Source: an uncultured Lachnospiraceae bacterium
Lineage (GTDB): Bacteria; Bacillota; Clostridia; Lachnospirales; Lachnospiraceae
Assembly: GCA_947624815.1 (NCBI GenBank)
Contig: CANQME010000002.1
Span: 4,261-68,260, forward strand
Direction of reading: 5' to 3'
DNA length: 64,000 bases
Position numbers and translations under genes: made by a program. Below the pieces are notes generated by a model, which saw only the letters and a list, made by a program, of their open reading frames with translations, did no database searches and was not told the DNA's origin. Every line of letters begins with the position of its first letter. Position 1 is the first letter of the stretch. This document shows positions 58,894 through 64,000 of the stretch, in pieces.

Positions 58894-60363
58894 TTAATCG
58901 ATCTGAATCTTAAATACCACCGGCATCTCGCTTTCGATCATCTGCGTCTTCACGATGAGGCCGTCCTGATCCCTCGTCCATTCCGGCGCTTTCTCATATC
59001 CCAGCACTTCCACCGATTTGATGATGCCGTGGAAATTCGGCGCATGGGAAGCGTCCGCCTCGGCCAGCGAACGGATGCAGACGGTATCCCTGCCCTTCAT
59101 GTTCAGGCAGGTCGCGTAGAGATAGCCACCGTTTACGGTAAACCGGATATCCTCCGCGGTGTAGCCCTTGTCTTCCGAATCCGCGAACTGTCCCTCCACG
59201 ATCTTCGTAGGACCTTCCGCTGACTTTCTCCAGATCTTGGAGCCGTAAATGGCCTCACCGTTCACCTTCATCCACTCTCCGATCGCAAGCAGGATCTTCC
59301 GGTCCTCGTCCGGGATCGTTCCGTCCGCCTTCGGCCCGATATTCAGAAGCAGGCGGCCGTTCTTGCTGACGATATCCACCAGATCGCGGACGATCTGCTG
59401 CGGGGTCTTGTAAACATTTCCTTCCGTATAGCACCAGGAATTGTTGGCCACAGAGGTGTCCGTCTGCCAGACGTAGGGCTTGGCGTCGGCAAACTGTCCC
59501 CGCTCCACGTCGATGACGGCGGTTCCGAAATCAAAGGCGTCGTGCTTATAGTTGATGACCACTTCCTCGCCCCATTCTTCCGCCCGGTTGTAGTAATACG
59601 CGGCGAATTTCCGCAGATAGGGCTTCACGCTGCTGTGCTGGATCCACCAGTCGAAATAGATGATCCTCGGACGGTAGCGGTCCACCAGCTCACAGCAGCG
59701 GCAAAGCCAGTCGTTAAGGAATTCTTCCGTAGGCGTCGGCTCGGAATACAGGTCGAAATGATCCTCCGGCTCCTTCATGGCGGGCCAGTAGAAATCCCCC
59801 CGCTTTAAGGGTTCTTTGATATCGGAGTCGAACTCCTTGCCATGGCTCATGAAAAACCAGTGCTCCACCCGGTGCGTGGAAGCGCAGGGATAGAGACCCG
59901 CCGCGCGGCAGGCGGCGTGAAGCTCGCCCAGGACGTTCCGGTGCGGTCCCATTTTCACCGCGTTCCAGTCGGAAAGGGCGCTGTCATACATCTGGAAGCC
60001 GTCGTGATGCTCGGCTACCGGCACCACATACTGGGCGCCGGCCTCCTTAAAGAGGCTGATCCACGCCTCCGGATCGAACTTTTCCGCGCGGAACATCGGA
60101 ATGAAGTCCTTGTATCCGAAGTCCTTATGGGGGCCGTACGTCGCGACATGGTGCTCGAATTCCCGGCTGCCCTGAATGTACATGTTTCGGGAATACCACT
60201 CGCTGCCGAAAGCAGGCACGGAGTAGACGCCCCAGTGGATGAAGATGCCGAATTTGGCCTTCTCATACCACTGCGGAACGTGATACTGCTGAAGGGACTC
60301 CCAGGTGTCCTTGTAGCGGCCGTTCGCAATGACCTCGTCGATGGTTTTCAGATATTCCTGCAT
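58894..60363 (-). CDS. Alpha-L-fucosidase (GH29)
   Basis: AKFGIFIHWGVYSVP, EHHDGF, YFDW, VSKNGRLLLNIGP. Confidence 0.93.
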   Translation of the reverse strand: MQEYLKTIDEVIANGRYKDTWESLQQYHVPQWYEKAKFGIFIHWGVYSVPAFGSEWYSRNMYIQGSREFEHHVATYGPHKDFGYKDFIPMFRAEKFDPEAWISLFKEAGAQYVVPVAEHHDGFQMYDSALSDWNAVKMGPHRNVLGELHAACRAAGLYPCASTHRVEHWFFMSHGKEFDSDIKEPLKRGDFYWPAMKEPEDHFDLYSEPTPTEEFLNDWLCRCCELVDRYRPRIIYFDWWIQHSSVKPYLRKFAAYYYNRAEEWGEEVVINYKHDAFDFGTAVIDVERGQFADAKPYVWQTDTSVANNSWCYTEGNVYKTPQQIVRDLVDIVSKNGRLLLNIGPKADGTIPDEDRKILLAIGEWMKVNGEAIYGSKIWRKSAEGPTKIVEGQFADSEDKGYTAEDIRFTVNGGYLYATCLNMKGRDTVCIRSLAEADASHAPNFHGIIKSVEVLGYEKAPEWTRDQDGLIVKTQMIESEMPVVFKIQID

Positions 60364-60457
60364 ACGTAATCTCCTCCTTTATGGATCGCTTTGTATTTGC
60401 TGCATTGTCCTGCATAATACGGTTCCTTCCGATTCGGCGCCGGGGCTGCCCGGCGTC

Positions 60458-61558
60458 TCATATGCGCACGAACGGTTCCGGCCGCTCACAGCCGGATCCG
60501 ACGGTCACGAATTCTCCCGACTCGCCGCTCGTCAGCATCGCATGGAGCACATCCAGCACGTGAACCGCCAGCTCCGCATCCGTTCTGGCCTTCCGTCCGG
60601 TCCGCGCCGCGTCTGCCAGCTCCGCGGCGCCAAGTCCCCGGCTCTCTTCGCTGTATTGGTTTACCGGCTCCAGCTTCTCAGGCACAGGCGGCTTTCGAAG
60701 ATCCTCCGGATCTCGCAGAAGCGTCACATCGCCGCCGAACTGATTCGGATCCGTCAGGTACAGGATCCCCTTTGTTCCGTAAATGGCGAAGAACGACTGA
60801 TCCTCCCGCACGCTGTCCGAATTTACCATAAATGTCCCTGCGACCCCGCTCTTCATCCGCAGGATTGCGGATACCTCGCTCTCATTCGGCGTATCCATCA
60901 CCTTGCCGTAATCCGGACTCTGCGGAAGGATATTGACATGGGTCGGATACGGAGCGCGCACCATGGCGGCCACCCGGTCCACCGGTCCCAGAAGACTGAC
61001 GAGCGCCGTGACGTAATATACCGCATAATCATAGCAGACGCCGGCACCCGGTTCCCGCAGAAACGGAAACAGGCTCAGAAGCAAGTCGTTGCTTCGGTTC
61101 GCCGCGATCGCGAAGGACGTGATCTCCCCGATCACCCCGTCGTCGACCGCCTTCCTAGCCGTCTGCACGGCGGCGCCCAGGAAGGTATCCGGCGCGCAGC
61201 CAAGGTACAGTCCCTTTTCCTTCGCCAGCGCCGCAAGCTCTCCCGCCGTGCACGGATCATCCGTCATGGTCTTCTCCGTATAGACATGCTTTCCGGCCAG
61301 CAAAGCCTTCCTGATAATCTCATAGTGAGCCCCCACCGGCGTCAGGTTCAGGACCATATCTATGGACGGATCTGCCAGCATTTCCTCCAGGGAACAGGCT
61401 GCGATCCCATATTCCTGCGCTTTCTTCTCCGCCCTCTCCCGGTGAGCCGCGCAGACCGCAACCACCTCCAGGGACGGAAAGCTCTTCTGGATCGTGCCGA
61501 TATAGCGGCCGCTGATCGCGCCCGCTCCTATGATCCCGATATGAAACCGTTTCTCCAT
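60458..61558 (-). CDS. Gfo/Idh/MocA oxidoreductase
   Basis: IGAGAIS, AGKHVYTEK, APDTFLG. Confidence 0.9.
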   Translation of the reverse strand: MEKRFHIGIIGAGAISGRYIGTIQKSFPSLEVVAVCAAHRERAEKKAQEYGIAACSLEEMLADPSIDMVLNLTPVGAHYEIIRKALLAGKHVYTEKTMTDDPCTAGELAALAKEKGLYLGCAPDTFLGAAVQTARKAVDDGVIGEITSFAIAANRSNDLLLSLFPFLREPGAGVCYDYAVYYVTALVSLLGPVDRVAAMVRAPYPTHVNILPQSPDYGKVMDTPNESEVSAILRMKSGVAGTFMVNSDSVREDQSFFAIYGTKGILYLTDPNQFGGDVTLLRDPEDLRKPPVPEKLEPVNQYSEESRGLGAAELADAARTGRKARTDAELAVHVLDVLHAMLTSGESGEFVTVGSGCERPEPFVRI

Positions 61559-61662
61559 TTGACGTCCCCCTTTCCTTCTTTTCTGATTCGGACTCCTGCC
61601 GCCTTCTGGCGCCGCACAGCGCGCGCCATGCCTGAAAGCATGACGCTCTGCTTCCGGGCGCT

Positions 61663-62400
61663 TTATGCAATGGCAGAAAACCCATCTGTGTCCACCCGCC
61701 ACAACCGGTCTGCCTCCGCCGATTCCCGCAGGCAGAGCCGCACGTTCGCCATATCGCTGTAATCCACGAACCGGGCCGCCTCTTCCGCGTCCACGCCGGT
61801 CAGGATCCGGCGGGCGATCAGACGCTGCCGCAGGAAATCCTCATCCGCCACCAGGCGTACGGTATAGTCCGCATAGGCCTTCAGCTCCTTCCAGCCTGGC
61901 CGGTTCAGCAGCAGGTAGTTTCCCTCCAGCAGGATCACCTCGCCCGTGATGCGGACCGCGTTCTCCCGCGGATCGTGGAGCAGACGGTCATATTCCGGCC
62001 AGCCGCAGGTCTCTCCTACCGCCACACGGCGGATCCGATCGGTCAGGCGCTCCAGATCAAAGGTTTCCGGCGCGCCCTTCACCCGCACCATGGGGATCTC
62101 CTCGCCTCCGCGGACGATAGTATGGGTCAGAAGATAGTCCTGATAACGGTGGAAACCGTCCATTCCGATCGTCGTGACCGGCGCGCAGCCCTCCGTCCCT
62201 GCCGCCAGCTCCTCCAGAAAACTCAGAAGTGTACTCTTGCCTGCCCCCGGAGGGGCCGCCAGAAACATAAGGACCCGCCTCCCCTTCTGCTCTCTCAGCT
62301 GCGTGAGCGTCTTCAGCAGCGGAAGGAAAAGCCCGGAAATATTCTCTTCGCTGAACCTTACCGTGCATTTGATTCCGTTGATCTCCGTCTCATAGGTCAT
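61663..62400 (-). CDS. P-loop nucleoside/sugar kinase (YggC/FrcK-like)
   Basis: APPGAGKST, MDGFH, KGAPETFD, EGNYLLL. Confidence 0.85.
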   Translation of the reverse strand: MTYETEINGIKCTVRFSEENISGLFLPLLKTLTQLREQKGRRVLMFLAAPPGAGKSTLLSFLEELAAGTEGCAPVTTIGMDGFHRYQDYLLTHTIVRGGEEIPMVRVKGAPETFDLERLTDRIRRVAVGETCGWPEYDRLLHDPRENAVRITGEVILLEGNYLLLNRPGWKELKAYADYTVRLVADEDFLRQRLIARRILTGVDAEEAARFVDYSDMANVRLCLRESAEADRLWRVDTDGFSAIA

Positions 62401-63298
62401 CGTCAGCTTCCTTTCCGGTCCCCGCCTTCTCCCACAGAAGCAGGTTGTCCTCAAACCGTGCCGTGACCCGTCCGGTATCCTTAAGCCACGACAGATATGA
62501 CCGCACCGTACTTCCCACCAGCACGTACTGCTGGGCGTTCATGACCAGGCCGTAACCGTCGAACAGCCGCTTAAGGACCGCCTCGAAGCAGAGCGGCCCG
62601 GCGCAGGTCTCCGCGATCTTCTCCGCCACCTCCAGGGTCCTGTCGATATTATACTGTGCCAGCGACGCGATGTCCGCTGCCGCTTCCGCGTGAGCGGGCA
62701 CGAACATCCGGGCCGTCATGTTCTTCACCGTTTCCAGAGTCTTAAGATAGGCTCCCACGTCATAGAGATAACCGATCTTATACTTGTCCAGGGTCTCACG
62801 GCTGGACAGGCAGTCCGCCAGATACACCACGCCGTCATCCGTGCGAAAACCTGTCATATCGAACGCGTGACCCGGAAGAGGGAACATCTCAAGTCCATCC
62901 GGAAGCGACGCCTCCGTCAGCTCCTCCGCATCGCTCTCCTGCGCCATCAGGAACTTATTGCGCAGCTCCTTAAACGGATAGCCGCCGTACAGAAGCGACG
63001 GCTCCAGCACCGGATGTCTGGTGAAGTCCAGCTCGATTCCCGGCGCATAGATCCTGCAGCCCGTCTGAGCCTGAAGATACCTGCACCCGCCGATGTGATC
63101 CGCATGGGAATGGGTGCAGTAAATCGCGGTCAGATGCCAGCCGTTCTTATCCAGGATCTGCCGCACCTTGCGGCCGGCGTCTTTGTCGCTGCCGCTGTCG
63201 ATCAGGCAGACGTCGGAATCCGAACACCTGACGACGCCGATACGGGCAGGACACTGGATATAGTATGACTTTTCGGTGATCTGGATCAGTTCGTACAT
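62390..63298 (-). CDS. MBL-fold metallo-hydrolase
   Basis: LIDSG, THSHADHIGG, LPGH, ADC, PAH. Confidence 0.88.
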   Translation of the reverse strand: MYELIQITEKSYYIQCPARIGVVRCSDSDVCLIDSGSDKDAGRKVRQILDKNGWHLTAIYCTHSHADHIGGCRYLQAQTGCRIYAPGIELDFTRHPVLEPSLLYGGYPFKELRNKFLMAQESDAEELTEASLPDGLEMFPLPGHAFDMTGFRTDDGVVYLADCLSSRETLDKYKIGYLYDVGAYLKTLETVKNMTARMFVPAHAEAAADIASLAQYNIDRTLEVAEKIAETCAGPLCFEAVLKRLFDGYGLVMNAQQYVLVGSTVRSYLSWLKDTGRVTARFEDNLLLWEKAGTGKEADDDL

Positions 63299-63510
63299 GG
63301 CAGATTTCTCCTTTTCTTTCCTACATCTCCATTATATACCGGAACCGCCGCTATGTCATCTGAATTTGTCTGCTAATCCATAATTTCATCCATAATTCCC
63401 GTATCATCCGCTATTCTGTTTTTCTCTCTCATATGATAGGATAAGCCAGGAAGCGACTGTGTTGCAAGGTGGTAAGCCTCCCGGCTTTTAAAAGAAGGGA
63501 GGTGATGCAT

Positions 63511-63606
63511 ATGGATCTGTACGAAGCATTAAGCCTGCTTTTTCTGGGCGGTACGTTCCTTGTTGCATTGCTTGCCTATATTGATAGGACCAACAGGCAA
63601 AAATAA
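63511..63606 (+). CDS. Putative holin-like type I toxin, 31 aa (MDLYEALSLLFLGGTFLVALLAYIDRTNRQK)
   Basis: GGGAGGTG RBS; one TM helix with charged C-terminus; below the ORF-track size cut-off. Confidence 0.8.
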   Translation: MDLYEALSLLFLGGTFLVALLAYIDRTNRQK

Positions 63607-63693
63607 ATAAGCCTACCTTGTACTTGACGGTCTAGGTAGGCTTATAATTAATCCTCACGGAGGTCAACCACTTTGTGGGCGGTCGCTTCGCTT
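63600..63693 (-). ncRNA. Putative cis-antisense antitoxin sRNA (~90 nt)
   Basis: Minus-strand promoter TTGCAA-17 bp-TATTGT (63728-63700) and hairpin taagcctacc/ggtaggctta (63608-63644) with T-tract; overlaps the toxin 3' UTR. Confidence 0.6.
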
Positions 63694-63744
63694 AATTACA
63701 CAATATCATATTTTATATGAATTTGCAAGACCAACTTTCCGGGC

Positions 63745-64000
63745 TCATTCTTTCGCACCGCTCACGATTCCGTAGTACGCTCCCGCCGTCATTTTATACA
63801 CTGCCGCATAGCACACGCCGTACACTAAAAAGCACAGCTGGGCCATCCGCACGAAGAGCGACAGATCCACGGAGCCGAACAGCCGCAGAAGCTGCCACAG
63901 CAGCGGGAACGCGAAGATGAGATGGATCCCGGCGAACACAAGCGGCAGGAAGAACACCGTCAGGATCTGGGAGTTGATGCTTCTGCGGATCTCCCGCTTC
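63745..64000 (-). CDS. 3' end of an FtsX/BceB-like ABC transporter permease (truncated by the window edge)
   Basis: IRRSINSQILTVFFLPL..AGIH..FAF...YKMTAGAYYGIV is a typical terminal TM region. Confidence 0.75.
   Translation of the reverse strand, partial: KREIRRSINSQILTVFFLPLVFAGIHLIFAFPLLWQLLRLFGSVDLSLFVRMAQLCFLVYGVCYAAVYKMTAGAYYGIVSGAKE

Overview
This is a GC-rich (~58-60%) chromosomal segment of a spore-forming Clostridia bacterium, probably Lachnospiraceae (spo0A, split purO/purH, choline-binding-type wall repeats). Most genes lie on the minus strand. Housekeeping genes include a galK-like kinase, DegV, purO-purH under a ZMP/ZTP riboswitch, a SNF2 helicase, argS, efp, aroQ/K/E, yqeG, nrdR, tdk, glgA and spo0A. 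Carbohydrate clusters are xylB-DUF4867-isomerase-GH65-like-GH78 and GH29-esterase-GH3-GH31-GH3. There is also a MarR/ABC exporter operon. Three things stand out. (1) A ~10 kb accessory locus (2965-13059) combines a wall-anchored protein, a receptor-like Ser/Thr kinase, a stand-alone RyR-domain protein coupled to a DHH phosphoesterase with two PGDYG-like domains, and a TIR-FHA fusion; it is a candidate undescribed phospho-/nucleotide-signalling or defence system. (2) There is a family of long, covarying DNA hairpin elements: two inverted copies of a paired T-shaped A+B element (16641-17353, 31395-32260) and one solo hairpin (54091-54293), all sharing a CTGAG(C/T)...(G/A)CGART tip motif that resembles ssDNA priming signals. 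(3) An unannotated type I toxin-antitoxin locus sits near the right end. All calls come from reading motifs by eye; no searches were run.
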